A stretch of 64,000 nt of DNA from Sagittula sp. (GTDB lineage Bacteria; Pseudomonadota; Alphaproteobacteria; Rhodobacterales; Rhodobacteraceae), in the NCBI GenBank assembly GCA_042088665.1, contig JBELMB010000004.1:5054-69053 (forward strand), in the 5' to 3' direction. Each line of letters begins with the position of its first letter. The first letter of the stretch is position 1. Shown here one piece after another: positions 9,172-19,764 of the stretch. The position numbers were made by a program, and so were the translations under genes. The notes beneath the pieces are model-generated. The model saw only the letters and a program-made list of their open reading frames with translations. It was not told the origin of the DNA and searched no databases.

Positions 9172-10673
9172 CACTTTGCCGGCAGCTTCGACACAAGGCT
9201 CATGCCGATGTCCATGCCTTCCATCTGGAAGTGCGGCTTGAGGAAGAACTTGCCCTGATAGTAACCCGGGTTCAGCTCGTCCTCGACCACTTCGACCTTT
9301 GCACCCGCAAGCGGGCGCTTGGCCTTCTCCATTTCGGTGGCGGTATCCGGGTTGCCGGTCACGTATTTCATGATCCACTCTTGCAGATCCGCTTCCAGCT
9401 GCTGACGCGTCGGGCTGGTGCCGATCTTGTCGCGCACCATGACCTTCAGATAGTGGCTGAAGCGCGACACGGCAAAGATGTACGGAATGCGCGAGGACAT
9501 GTTGTCCGAGGCTGTCGCCAGATCATCCACGTATTTCTTTGGCTTGTAGAGCGACTGCGCCCCGATGAAGGCCGCCTTGTCGGTGTTCTGACGGTGGATC
9601 AGGCCGATCAGGCCCGCCGCCGACAGTTCGCCTTCGCGACGGTCGGTGATGGAGGCCTCGGTCGGGCATTTCATCTGCTTTTCGCCGTCCCCGGTGTCAA
9701 AGACGTGGGTCGGCAGGTTGGTCACTTCGCCACCCGACGTCACGCCGCGGATCCGAATCGTCCAGCCGTGCTCCTTGAAGGCGCGGTTGATGTTCGACGC
9801 CATCGCATGAGACGCGTTCATCCAGCCGTATTTCTTGCCGCCGTGGCCGTCGGTCTCTTCGCGGAAGTCGAATTCTTCCACCACGGAGGTGCTGTCCGGG
9901 CCATAAGGCTCACGCGCAAGGGCACGCGGCAGGGTCAGTGCGATAAAGCGCGACACTTCCGACTCCCGCAGGGAATTCCACTGCGCGTAATCCGGGTTGA
10001 GGAAGATTTCGGACAGGTCCGGCGGTGTTGCCACCTCGTTCCAGCTGTCCAGACCCAAAAGGGTCGGATCCGCGCCGGAGATGAACGGGCAAAGCGACGC
10101 CTCGGCGATTCGGCCCATGAAGCGCAGCATGTTCACATCAGCCGACGAGTGGTTGAAGTGGTAGTCGCCCACGAGGCAGCCAAAAGGCTGGCCGCCAAGG
10201 GTGCCCAGCTGCTGTTCATAGACCATCTGGAAGATCGGCGACTGTTCCCACTTGTTCTTGGGATAGCGCCGGGTCATCGCTGCCAGCTCTTTCTTGGAGA
10301 TGTTGAGAACCTTCACCTGAAGGCTCGCATCGGTCTCCGCGTTGTTGAGCGTGTAGGCGAGGCCGCGCCACTGCGATTCAAACTGCTGGAATTCCTCGTT
10401 GTGGAGGACAGCGTTCATCTGGTCGGTCAGCTTCTGGTCCAGCTTTGCCAGCATCGCGTCCAACGTGTCGATCACGTCTTCTTCGATGATGTTCTGGTCG
10501 TCCAGCGCCTCGCGCACCAACGTCACGAGCGCGTTGTCGACTTCGCGCTCTGCCACGTCGGTGCGTGGCTTGATCGTCTGTCTCAGGATGTCGGAGAATT
10601 CCGCAAGTTCGTTTACGGATTCGCCAACTGCGCCAGCGGCGCCCTGGGCTTCGAGTTCTGCATCATTTGCCAT
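9171..10673 (-). CDS. tssC: T6SS contractile sheath large subunit TssC (VipB)
   Basis: 500-aa ORF with the length and sequence pattern of TssC. It lies immediately downstream of tssB. Confidence 0.93.
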   Translation of the reverse strand: MANDAELEAQGAAGAVGESVNELAEFSDILRQTIKPRTDVAEREVDNALVTLVREALDDQNIIEEDVIDTLDAMLAKLDQKLTDQMNAVLHNEEFQQFESQWRGLAYTLNNAETDASLQVKVLNISKKELAAMTRRYPKNKWEQSPIFQMVYEQQLGTLGGQPFGCLVGDYHFNHSSADVNMLRFMGRIAEASLCPFISGADPTLLGLDSWNEVATPPDLSEIFLNPDYAQWNSLRESEVSRFIALTLPRALAREPYGPDSTSVVEEFDFREETDGHGGKKYGWMNASHAMASNINRAFKEHGWTIRIRGVTSGGEVTNLPTHVFDTGDGEKQMKCPTEASITDRREGELSAAGLIGLIHRQNTDKAAFIGAQSLYKPKKYVDDLATASDNMSSRIPYIFAVSRFSHYLKVMVRDKIGTSPTRQQLEADLQEWIMKYVTGNPDTATEMEKAKRPLAGAKVEVVEDELNPGYYQGKFFLKPHFQMEGMDIGMSLVSKLPAK

Positions 10674-10701
10674 GTATCAGGCTCCCTGTGTCCCGAGGCT
10701 G

Positions 10702-11208
10702 TCAGTCGTCTTTGTCGTCGCCGACCTGATCGCCGAGCGCCTTCAGCAGCTCGGGGTCGCTCAACAACTTCTTGATGTGTTCCTGCGCCTTCGGCTTGGA
10801 GCTCATGTACCGCTGCAACGAGGCCAGCTGTTCACGGGCTTCCAGCAGCTTTGCCATGGCGGGCACCTGACGCGCGATCTGCGTGGGTTCGAGATCGTCC
10901 ATCGAGTTGAACTTCAGATCCACGCCCAGCTTGCCGCCAGAGGGGTCGAGCTTGTTTTCCACGTGAAACGCCATGCCGGGCTCGATGGAGGCCATGTAAT
11001 CGTCCAGCGTGTCTTTGGTGACACCCTTGAACGTACGCTCTGTCACGTCTTCTTTTTCGACGCCGGGATTGTTGCCCGAGAGGTCGGACATCATGCCCAT
11101 GACAAAGGGCAGTTCCACCATTTTCTGGCTGTCATATGGATCTTGATAGGCAATCTGAACGCGTGGTGGGCGGTTGCGTTTGACGTAACCGGAGCCGGAA
11201 TCAGACAT
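10702..11208 (-). CDS. tssB: T6SS contractile sheath small subunit TssB (VipA)
   Basis: 168 aa. The segment PPRVQIAYQDPYDSQKMVELPFVMGMMSDLSG matches the conserved TssB N-terminal region. Confidence 0.93.
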   Translation of the reverse strand: MSDSGSGYVKRNRPPRVQIAYQDPYDSQKMVELPFVMGMMSDLSGNNPGVEKEDVTERTFKGVTKDTLDDYMASIEPGMAFHVENKLDPSGGKLGVDLKFNSMDDLEPTQIARQVPAMAKLLEAREQLASLQRYMSSKPKAQEHIKKLLSDPELLKALGDQVGDDKDD

Positions 11209-11356
11209 CTCAAATTCTCCCTGAAGTAAGGCGTGTTTGTTTGTTGTTGAAATTCAAACGTCAAGCGGACGCAAAGTCAACGAAAGAGATATGTTCAAAA
11301 TGGCGCGCACCCCAAACGGGCACGCCGCCAAACTAGGCCACCCTTCGCCGGTCAGG

Positions 11357-12700
11357 TCAATAGGCGCTGCCACTGGACTCGTCTTCCTTCGGAATCAGTT
11401 CCTCGATGATCGATTGGAAATCGCGGTCCAGATAGCTGCGCGCCCGCTGCAAGAGCGCGGGCACCGGGCTGGAGCGTTCGACCTTGCGGAAGTAATCCTC
11501 GACCGAACGGATCGTGCTCGCCGCGGCGGTGGCGTCAGGCACGTTGACCTCTGGCCCTTCTTCGGGTTCGGGCAGCGGGTTTTCGGGATCCTCGTGCATG
11601 TCCTCGGTCAGCGCCCGCAACCGCGAGATCCCCATGGCAAAGCCGGTGTCGTCGCTGAAATTGACAACCGCCTGTTCGACATTGTCGGGCAGCAGCGTTT
11701 CCAGCGCCTCCAGCAGCGGTTTGCCGATCAGGGAACGCGCCTGCGTGACCAGAAGCAGCGTGGCCGAAGAGGGCTCATAGGCGCGGTAGTAGGCCTCGCA
11801 GGCCTCCAGCATGCGGCGCGCGTGGACATGGCTGACCACGGCTGTGGTGCCAACCTGCGCCGCTGCCGCCGCCATGCCGCCGCCGGATCCTTCGCCGCCG
11901 CCCTCAACCTCGGCGGGGGCCTCTTCGACAGGGGCAACAGCCGCTGCCAGATCCGAGTTGGCGCTGGTGATCGCCTCGATCATGTCATTGATCGTCTCGG
12001 TGAACAGGCTCAGTTCCGGCGTGAATTTCGCGCTCTCGCTGCTCTCGCAGGCGGCCACGATCCGATTGCGGGCATCGCGGATCGCCAGCAACGAGTTGAG
12101 CGTCTTTTCCACGTCCTTGGCGTTCTGGACAGAGCCGAGCGCATCAAGGATCGGCCCCTGTTCCAGGTCCGCTTCGGATTGCAACGGGCTCATCTCGCCG
12201 CGCACCACTTTGAGTTTGCGCAGAGAGGCGTCGCCGGTGGGCGTCAGCCCGACAAAGCACAGCGGCTGCACCACGGACGTGTTGTCGTTCAGGTCGCTGA
12301 ACATGGTGCGCCGGTCACCGGCGTCCTGCGGGTGCACGTCGCTGTCGAATGTTTCCAGCAGGGCCGCCAGCCATTCCATGCATTCGGCGAACTTGACAAG
12401 GTTGCCCGACATGATGGCCCATTGTCCGCGCAGCAGCACAAGGCGCAGGTCCTTGGTGCGTCCCAGAACCGGGTCGATCAGTTTGCATTCGTCACGAAAG
12501 TTGACTGTCTTGGGGTCAAAGACAGTGTCCGCCGTCATCGAGCCGTCTGGCTTTTCCACGCCGGGCCGGTAGTAGTACTCCGGCATCTCGCCCATACGGT
12601 CGAAATAGGCGCTGTCGTAGTCAAAATCGCCCTCGGGTTCGAGATCGGGCCCACAGGGGGCATCCTCCGAGATCGGTGTCAAAAGCTTTTCGAGATCCAT
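11357..12700 (-). CDS. tssA: T6SS protein TssA (ImpA N-terminal domain)
   Basis: 447 aa. The N-terminus (LLTPISEDAPCGPDLEPEGDFDY) is the ImpA_N signature. Its position upstream of tssB supports the call. Confidence 0.88.
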   Translation of the reverse strand: MDLEKLLTPISEDAPCGPDLEPEGDFDYDSAYFDRMGEMPEYYYRPGVEKPDGSMTADTVFDPKTVNFRDECKLIDPVLGRTKDLRLVLLRGQWAIMSGNLVKFAECMEWLAALLETFDSDVHPQDAGDRRTMFSDLNDNTSVVQPLCFVGLTPTGDASLRKLKVVRGEMSPLQSEADLEQGPILDALGSVQNAKDVEKTLNSLLAIRDARNRIVAACESSESAKFTPELSLFTETINDMIEAITSANSDLAAAVAPVEEAPAEVEGGGEGSGGGMAAAAAQVGTTAVVSHVHARRMLEACEAYYRAYEPSSATLLLVTQARSLIGKPLLEALETLLPDNVEQAVVNFSDDTGFAMGISRLRALTEDMHEDPENPLPEPEEGPEVNVPDATAAASTIRSVEDYFRKVERSSPVPALLQRARSYLDRDFQSIIEELIPKEDESSGSAY

Positions 12701-12745
12701 GACGGCCCCCCTTGATATGTGTCACCCTCTGACGGGGCGTAGCAA

Positions 12746-14362
12746 TTATTCCCGGTGCACGTTGGCCTCGGCATAGGCGCGCGCAAAGGCTTGCAGGAAG
12801 GCATCGAGAATGCCGTGTTCCCCGGCCTGGGCCTTGCTGTCCCAGCGTTCCACATAGGCCTGCCACAGCTTGGCCGCGCCGCCCCCGCCCCCAAAGAGGT
12901 TGGACCCGGTGCCGTCGCAGGCGGCTTCGATCTCTTCGGGGGACAGACCGCCAAAAACCTCGGCCAGCGCCGGTTGCAGCGCGCGGAACACGGCCTCCTG
13001 ATGCAGGCGGATGTCCTTGAGCGCATCGTCAAAGCTGTCCGCCCCCATCATGAAACCGTCGCGCGGGGCGACGAACATCAGTTCCAGCGCCTGCTGGCTG
13101 TCGGGCATGAATTTCATCGGGTTGTTGGCATTGGCCGACAACATCGTCCGCACGCCGCCGCGGGTAAAGTTCTTTACGTCGGCGCGCGCCTTGAGCATCA
13201 GCATGATCTCTTCGGTGGCGATCCGCGAACACCGGCCCAGCATGTGCATCAGGCCAATGGCATCCTCGGGCTTCAGCGCATTGGGATCCAGCCCGGCGCC
13301 TTCGCAAAAGGCGCGTAGGGCCGCCGTGACATCCCCGCCCTGTCCGCCACCCTGTGCACCGGGCGTTGCGGGGGCTGCAGCGGCTATCTGCGATGCCGCC
13401 TCTGGCAATGGCCCCGGTGTCGAAACCGGGCTGGGCACGGGCGAGGGGATCGGTGCCGACGTGGGCCGCGGCATCGGTGCGGCGGGTGTTGGTTCCCCCA
13501 GGGATCGGGGCGCGGGCGAGTCGAACTCATCCTGCGGCGGAGATGCCGGGGGCGCAGAGGGGATCTCTGCCACCGGTGCAGGCTCCGGCGGTGTGTCTTG
13601 ACCCAATGTCGGCACATAGGCAGGCGTCAGCGCGGGCTCCGGCGCGGCCGGAATCGGCGGAGGCGCCGGTGGGATCGGCAAACCACCCGGGGCCGCGGGG
13701 GGCACCGCATCGGTCTGGGCGGGGGTCTGGGGCGGGGTTTGGGGCGGGCCTGCAGGCACCTGCACGCCGGGGGTTTGCATGCCCGGAGTTTGCACACCGG
13801 GCATGCCGCCCTGCGTGTACATGGGAATCTGCAACGAGTTTTCTGTCTTCAGGCCCGGCTGCGCGCCCGGCCCGGTCTGCAATCCGCGTGGCCCACCCGG
13901 CAGTGGCACGAACCCTCCACCAAGGTCGTCCAGCGATCCCCCGGGGGACATGGGCCGCGACGGTGGCGGCGCCACCGGTTCGGACGGCCCCGGAAAGACG
14001 TCCCATTCATCCGGTCCCCCCGCAGCGACCTGCGGCTGCGCGCTGGGCAGGTCAACGGCGATGATGTAGTGACCCACGATCAGCCGTTCACCGCCGCGCA
14101 GCGCCAACTCGCCCTGAATGCGGTGGCCCTGGCCGTCCACAAAGGTGCCGTTGGTGGAGACATCCGTCAGCAGGTAGATGCCATCCCGGAACGTGACATC
14201 GAAATGGTGGCCAGAGATCATCTTGCTCGGGTCCGGCAAGGTCCAGTCCATCGACCCGCGCCGGCCAATGCTTGCGCCATGGCCGTCGAGCTGCAGCCAG
14301 GTTGGTCCGCCTGTCTCCAGCTGGTCAAAGTTCTCGATTCGCAAAATCAGTGTCATCGGCAC
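12746..14362 (-). CDS. tagH: T6SS-associated FHA-domain protein TagH (Fha)
   Basis: N-terminal FHA domain (GRRGSMDWTLPD...ISGHHFDV...YLLTDVSTNGTFV). A Pro-rich linker follows, then a C-terminal region like the TagH C-domain. Confidence 0.88.
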   Translation of the reverse strand: MPMTLILRIENFDQLETGGPTWLQLDGHGASIGRRGSMDWTLPDPSKMISGHHFDVTFRDGIYLLTDVSTNGTFVDGQGHRIQGELALRGGERLIVGHYIIAVDLPSAQPQVAAGGPDEWDVFPGPSEPVAPPPSRPMSPGGSLDDLGGGFVPLPGGPRGLQTGPGAQPGLKTENSLQIPMYTQGGMPGVQTPGMQTPGVQVPAGPPQTPPQTPAQTDAVPPAAPGGLPIPPAPPPIPAAPEPALTPAYVPTLGQDTPPEPAPVAEIPSAPPASPPQDEFDSPAPRSLGEPTPAAPMPRPTSAPIPSPVPSPVSTPGPLPEAASQIAAAAPATPGAQGGGQGGDVTAALRAFCEGAGLDPNALKPEDAIGLMHMLGRCSRIATEEIMLMLKARADVKNFTRGGVRTMLSANANNPMKFMPDSQQALELMFVAPRDGFMMGADSFDDALKDIRLHQEAVFRALQPALAEVFGGLSPEEIEAACDGTGSNLFGGGGGAAKLWQAYVERWDSKAQAGEHGILDAFLQAFARAYAEANVHRE

Positions 14363-14411
14363 CAGTTAACCAATCTTGGACACGCAGGGCCAGTGGCGCT
14401 GCAGATCAAAT

Positions 14412-15014
14412 TCAACGGATCCGGAAAAGCTCTGACGTTTGGTCGATAAATCGCTGCAGGCGCACCGGACGCTGCTGCAGTTCGGCCCGCGCCAGACTGG
14501 ACAGCACGGCGGAATTGATCGCGCGCGGTGCGCGGTGCACGGGGACCTGCGCGGTGTCGTTGGGCGCAATCGGCCCGCCGGACCAGCCCACCGCCAGCCC
14601 GAGAAAGACCGCCGGGCTGCGCTGCGGTGCGAAAAGCGCGCGGTGCATCACCTGATAGCGATTCTCGTTGTCGGAGTAGCTGCACCATTTGGCCACCAGT
14701 TCCATAAGCTCGCGGTCTGCATGGCTCATGTCATCGCTGGCCACGCGCAGACACTCATAGGCCCACCAGATCGCCATCGGTGGCACCGCTGCAAAGGCCG
14801 CGAAGGTGACCGCCTCTTCGGGGGTGGTGGATCCCGCAAGTCGCTGCAGGTAGGCGAGGTTGTCCTCGTCATCGCGTGGGCGGTGCTGGGTCATGTGCTT
14901 GACCTGCGGCATCGCGCCATAAAGTTCGAACGGGGTCTCGTAACGCAGCGCCGACATGGGCGGCTGCGTCTTTTCGGTTTCCTCGTCGTCGATGTCTTGC
15001 ACGTCGCTTGCCAT
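14412..15014 (-). CDS. uncharacterised protein, first gene of the T6SS operon
   Basis: 200-aa ORF, same strand, 49 nt upstream of tagH. Acidic N-terminus and no signal peptide. From memory it resembles a DUF (possibly DUF6931-type) seen next to T6SS loci. This has not been verified. Confidence 0.6.
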   Translation of the reverse strand: MASDVQDIDDEETEKTQPPMSALRYETPFELYGAMPQVKHMTQHRPRDDEDNLAYLQRLAGSTTPEEAVTFAAFAAVPPMAIWWAYECLRVASDDMSHADRELMELVAKWCSYSDNENRYQVMHRALFAPQRSPAVFLGLAVGWSGGPIAPNDTAQVPVHRAPRAINSAVLSSLARAELQQRPVRLQRFIDQTSELFRIR

Positions 15015-15340
15015 GATTCGACTTTTTCCCGTGTCGCCGCGCCGGTCAAGTCAGGTTTCACGATATTTTCCGCTCAAAGAGCGCTACAGGTCGTATTTCC
15101 GCGGCAAGGACCCCCAAAATCCGCCTTTGGCACCCAGATGGGCCTGACGGATCGGCGTGCTGTCGCGGATGTGGCCCAGATGCCCCGAAGGATGCGCGCC
15201 CCGGGGACGGGCGCCGCTTGCACAGTATAATGCTTCACAGCGGAGGATCGTTGCCGTTGCCCAAGCGCCAATACGGGGCGTCACAGAGGCGCAACCGCCC
15301 CTTGGCAGGTGTCGTCTGGATGCGAGCGGATCCGACGCAA

Positions 15341-15415
15341 GACAACAAAGCCGCCCACGCCGGATCAAGGGCGCGGGCGGCTCTTGTGTCAGGTTGGGGC
15401 GCAGCAAGCTGCGCC
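15341..15415 (-). terminator. icd terminator region (two hairpins)
   Basis: Minus strand, after the icd stop: GGCGCAG-CTTG-CTGCGCC (15398-15415). Then AGCCGCCC-(18 nt)-GGGCGGCT (15349-15382) followed by TTTGTTGTC. Confidence 0.55.
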
Positions 15416-15423
15416 GGGGACCG

Positions 15424-17628
15424 TCAGCCGATGATCGCGTTCAGCGTCGCCGAGGGGCGCATTACGGCCGCCACCTTGGCCGGGTCGGTGTGGTAGTAGC
15501 CACCCAGATCCGCCGCCGCGCCCTGCGCTGCCGCGAGTTCAGAGATGATGGCCGCTTCACCCTCGGCCAAAGCCTTGGCAATGGGGGCGAAATGCGCCGC
15601 GAGATCGGCATCCTCGGTCTGCGCCGTCAGGGCCTCTGCCCAGTAGCGCGCAAACCAGTAGTGGCTGTCGCGGTTGTCGGGCTGGCCCACCTTGCGGCTG
15701 GGCGAGTGGTTGTTGTCGAGGATCCCCTGCGTCGCGAGATCGACCGCTTCGCCAAGGACACCCGCCTTGGCGTTGCCCTTGACCTCCGCCAGGAACTTGA
15801 AGCTCTCGCCAAGGGCGCAGAACTCGCCAAGGCTGTCCCAGCGCAGGTGGTTCTCTTCCTGCAGCTGCTGCACGTGCTTGGGGGCGGACCCGCCCGCGCC
15901 GGTCTCGAACAAACCGCCGCCCTGCATCAGTTTCACGATCGACAGCATCTTGGCCGAGGTCGCCAGTTCGAGGATCGGGAAAAGATCGGTCAGGTAGTCG
16001 CGCAGCACGTTGCCCGTGATCGCGATGGTGTTCTCGCCGTTGGTGATCGTTTCGAGGCTGGCCTTGGTGGCCTCTGCCGGGGACATGATCTCGAACTTGT
16101 CCGCGACACCGGCGGCCTCCAGCAGCGGCGTCACATAAGCGATCAGCTCTGCGTCATGGGCGCGGGTCCCGTCCAGCCAGAAGATCGCGCGATATCCGGT
16201 GAGCCGCTGGCGGTCGATGGCCAGTTGCACCCAGTCCTCGATCGGGGCCTTGCGGGTGGAGGCGGACCGCCAGATGTCCCCCTTCTCGACGCTGTGCTGG
16301 TGGATCACGGTGCCGTCTGCCGCCACCATCTTGACCACACCATCGGCGGGGATCTCGAAGGTGGTCGGGTGAGAGCCGTATTCTTCGGCCTTCTGCGCCA
16401 TCAGGCCGAGGTTCTGCACGGTGCCGACAGTGGCCGGGTTCAGCTTGCCATTGGCTTTGAAGAACTTGATCGTCTCGTCGTAGACCGGCGCATAAGAGTT
16501 GTCCGGGATCACGCAATTGGTGTCGGATTCCTTGCCATCCGGCCCCCAGCCCTTGCCACCTGCACGGATCAGCGCGGGGATCGAGGCGTCGATGATCACA
16601 TCGGACGGCACGTGCAGGTTGGTCAGACCCTTGTCCGAATCCACCATGTACATGGGCGGACGCTCTGCGGTGACGGCATCGATGGCGGCCATGATCTCTG
16701 CGTCGTCCTTGACGCGCGCCAGCAGGTCACCCAGACCCTGATTGGGATTGACGCCCAGCTCGGCCATGCGGTCGCCGAACTGCTCGAACACCGGTGCCAG
16801 CCAGACCTTGACTGCGTGGCCAAAGATGATCGGGTCAGAGACCTTCATCATCGTGGCCTTCAGGTGAATGGAGAAGAGCGTGCCTTCGTCCCGCGTCTTG
16901 GCAACTTCTTCGGTGAGGAAGGCCGACAGCGCCTTCGCGGACATGAAGGCGGCGTCCAGAACCGTCCCGGGCGTGAAGCTCAGCCCATCTTTCAGAACGA
17001 CCTCGCCGGCCGCGCTTTCCAGCACGATCTTGACCTCTGCACCGTCGGTCAGCGTGGCCGACACCTCGTTGGTGCGGAAATCGCCGCCTGACATGGAGGA
17101 CACGCGGGTCTTGCTCTCGGACGTCCACTCCCCCATGCGATGCGGGTTGTCCTGCGCATACTTCTTTACGGCGGCGGCGGCGCGACGGTCAGAGTTGCCT
17201 TCGCGCAGGACCGGGTTCACGGCGGAGCCCTTGATGGTGTCGTATTTTGCGCGCACGGCCTTGTCTTCGTCGCTGGTCGGGCTCTCGGGGTAGTCGGGCA
17301 GGGCGTAGCCTTGCGACTGGAGCTCTTTCACCGTTGCAACAAGCTGCGGCACGGAGGCCGAGATGTTCGGCAGCTTGACCACATTGGCCTCGGGTGTCTT
17401 CACCAGCTCGCCAAGGATCGCCAGATCGTTGGGGATCTGCTGCTCTGCGGTCAGCGCCTCGGGGAAGGTCGCGATGATGCGTCCCGCGAGGCTGATGTCC
17501 TTGGTGCCGATGGTGACGCCGGCGGCGCTCGCAAAGCTCTTGATGATCGGCAGCAGGGAGGCCGAAGCCAACTCAGGTGCTTCGTCAACCTTGGTATAAA
17601 TAATGTCGGGCGTGGTCTGATCGGACAT
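15424..17628 (-). CDS. icd: NADP-dependent isocitrate dehydrogenase, monomeric type
   Basis: 734 aa. The length and the N-terminus ([21 protein letters not shown]) are typical of monomeric IDH. Confidence 0.93.
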   Translation of the reverse strand: MSDQTTPDIIYTKVDEAPELASASLLPIIKSFASAAGVTIGTKDISLAGRIIATFPEALTAEQQIPNDLAILGELVKTPEANVVKLPNISASVPQLVATVKELQSQGYALPDYPESPTSDEDKAVRAKYDTIKGSAVNPVLREGNSDRRAAAAVKKYAQDNPHRMGEWTSESKTRVSSMSGGDFRTNEVSATLTDGAEVKIVLESAAGEVVLKDGLSFTPGTVLDAAFMSAKALSAFLTEEVAKTRDEGTLFSIHLKATMMKVSDPIIFGHAVKVWLAPVFEQFGDRMAELGVNPNQGLGDLLARVKDDAEIMAAIDAVTAERPPMYMVDSDKGLTNLHVPSDVIIDASIPALIRAGGKGWGPDGKESDTNCVIPDNSYAPVYDETIKFFKANGKLNPATVGTVQNLGLMAQKAEEYGSHPTTFEIPADGVVKMVAADGTVIHQHSVEKGDIWRSASTRKAPIEDWVQLAIDRQRLTGYRAIFWLDGTRAHDAELIAYVTPLLEAAGVADKFEIMSPAEATKASLETITNGENTIAITGNVLRDYLTDLFPILELATSAKMLSIVKLMQGGGLFETGAGGSAPKHVQQLQEENHLRWDSLGEFCALGESFKFLAEVKGNAKAGVLGEAVDLATQGILDNNHSPSRKVGQPDNRDSHYWFARYWAEALTAQTEDADLAAHFAPIAKALAEGEAAIISELAAAQGAAADLGGYYHTDPAKVAAVMRPSATLNAIIG

Positions 17629-18197
17629 GGGATCCCTCTTGAGTGTGCTGGCGCGAGTGTTGCGCCTTCCCTAGAGCATCACCGGCAATGCGTCTACAGT
17701 ATGCGGCGGTATACACTGTCGCATGTCGTCGCGGCAAAGTCCTGCGCTTCGAGGATCAAGACACCCTCGGCAGGCCGCGAAATTCATAGTCTTCCGCACC
17801 AAGGGGTGGCTGGCCTGTCCCAATCAGGGCTATATCTGGAGGCCGCAAACCCACTCTGAGGCCTTTTTGTCCCAGTTTGGCGGCCGGGATGCGCGCTCTC
17901 GCGTTAACACTTTATGAACAAGCAAGCTGGTGCCGAATCGGTCTTGAAACAGAAAGCATGGGATTCCAGCCGCTTGGAAAACGTCGCGCCAGTCACCTGC
18001 TGCCTTGCTGTGGATAAAACCTGCCTGTGTTGCAGATTTACCCCGCTCAGGGGTTTCCGCGCATCAATCGAGGTTCAAATTGTCGCCTCTTTGACCGTTC
18101 GCGTGTAGCCATGTTCCGAAAGCGGGCAAAATACGTCGGGTAACGTCCTCGGCGTGCATCAGGCTTTGCATAAAAAACGTTTAAGACGAGGACGACA

Positions 18198-19598
18198 ATG
18201 AGCGGTTTCTCCTATGCGCGTGGCAGCCTGGGTTCGGGATTCATATGGCTCTCGGCCCCATTGAGACGCGCGCTGTTAGGGGCCGCCTTGGTTTTCCCCC
18301 TCACCGCCTGCGGTGTGACCTACAACAGTTCCGCAGTCACCGAACGCGATGACGAGGCGCCGGTCACGGTTGTCACCATGACGCCGAGCGCGATCCGCGC
18401 CGCGAATGCGACACCCTACGCCCCGCGCGGTCTGCCCAGCGTGTTCTACGCCGTGGCGGGCAGCGGAAACGTGGCGACCGCCGGTGGCGTGCCAGCGCCG
18501 CCCTACCTGCCCAACGAACAGCGCGAGGCGCTGGAGTATCGCCCGCTGCCCGACGTCGCACCGCAATCCTATCGCATTGGTGTGGGCGACGTTCTGCTGC
18601 TGGCGACCCGCGGTCGCGGCGACACCATCGAGCAGCTGACCGGCCTTCTGGCCGCTGCGAACCAGCGCGAAGGCTATACCGTGCGCGACGATGGCACGAT
18701 CTCCATCCCGGATGTCGGCGCTTTCAACGTTCTGGGCCTGACCGTCGATCAGGTCGAGCAGCAGCTCTTCCAGCTTCTCGTGGAAAACCAGATCGACCCG
18801 TCGTTCAGCGTCGAGATCAGCGAATTCAACTCGCAGCGCGTCGCCGTCGGTGGTGCCGTGCGCACGCCGCAGCTGGTGCCGATCACGCTGAACCCGCTGA
18901 CGCTGGGGGATGCGCTTGTGGCCGCCGGTGACATCGCCGTCCGCGACCGCGAGTTTGCCTCGATCCGCGTCTATCGCGACGGCACGCTCTATCAGATCCC
19001 TCTGGACCTCTACTTCGAGAATCAGGGCCTGCAGCGCAAGGTGCTGCAGCCGGGCGACGCCGTGTTCGTCGACACCAACTACGACCTCGACCGCGCGCTC
19101 GAATTCTATCAGGCCCGCATCGACGTGATCTCCCTGCGCACCGAAGTGCGTTCGCAGGCGCTTGATGCGCTGGCGACGGAAATCACCCTGCGCCGCAACG
19201 TGCTTGAGGATCAGCGCCGCAACTTCGAACGTCGCGAAGCGCTGGGCGCGGAGAAGCGCGACTACGTCTACCTCTCCGGCGAAGTGACAAAGCAGACCCG
19301 TCTGCCGCTGCCCTACAACCAGCAGGCCACGCTTGCGGATATCCTCTACGGTGCCGGCGGGTTCGACAACACGACAGGCGATCCGACCAACATCTACGTG
19401 ATGCGCGGAAGCGCCTCCGGGGTGGTTGCCTATCACCTGAACGCCCGCAACGCGGCAGATTATGTCCTGACGACGCATTTCCAGATGCGCCCAAGCGATG
19501 TGATCTTCATCGAAGAGCAGCCCATCACCAAATGGAATCGCTCTGTCAGCCAGTTGGTGCCATCGCTCATCCAGGCGGCGAACGCAGCGACCAACTGA
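18198..19598 (+). CDS. polysaccharide export outer-membrane lipoprotein (Wza-like)
   Basis: Lipobox (LVFPLTAC). Poly_export-like motif (YRIGVGDVLLL) and repeated SLBB-like segments. Confidence 0.75.
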   Translation: MSGFSYARGSLGSGFIWLSAPLRRALLGAALVFPLTACGVTYNSSAVTERDDEAPVTVVTMTPSAIRAANATPYAPRGLPSVFYAVAGSGNVATAGGVPAPPYLPNEQREALEYRPLPDVAPQSYRIGVGDVLLLATRGRGDTIEQLTGLLAAANQREGYTVRDDGTISIPDVGAFNVLGLTVDQVEQQLFQLLVENQIDPSFSVEISEFNSQRVAVGGAVRTPQLVPITLNPLTLGDALVAAGDIAVRDREFASIRVYRDGTLYQIPLDLYFENQGLQRKVLQPGDAVFVDTNYDLDRALEFYQARIDVISLRTEVRSQALDALATEITLRRNVLEDQRRNFERREALGAEKRDYVYLSGEVTKQTRLPLPYNQQATLADILYGAGGFDNTTGDPTNIYVMRGSASGVVAYHLNARNAADYVLTTHFQMRPSDVIFIEEQPITKWNRSVSQLVPSLIQAANAATN

Positions 19599-19764
19599 TA
19601 AACCTAAAGATGAACAATGCGTCGGGGGCCAAGTGCCCCTGCGCTGGATTCTGCCCAATAGGCAGGAACTCGCCATAAATTTGAGCGGTATTCCCCGGAG
19701 GAAGCCCCCCTGACACGACTGATATCTTGTCAGAACTTAACCGCCTGCCCATATACGAGTCATT

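Noticed and set aside
15128-15144. TGGCAC-N5-TGGGC near the presumed T6SS operon promoter region
   Set aside because: It lies on the plus strand, the wrong orientation for the minus-strand operon, and it lacks a -12 GC element.
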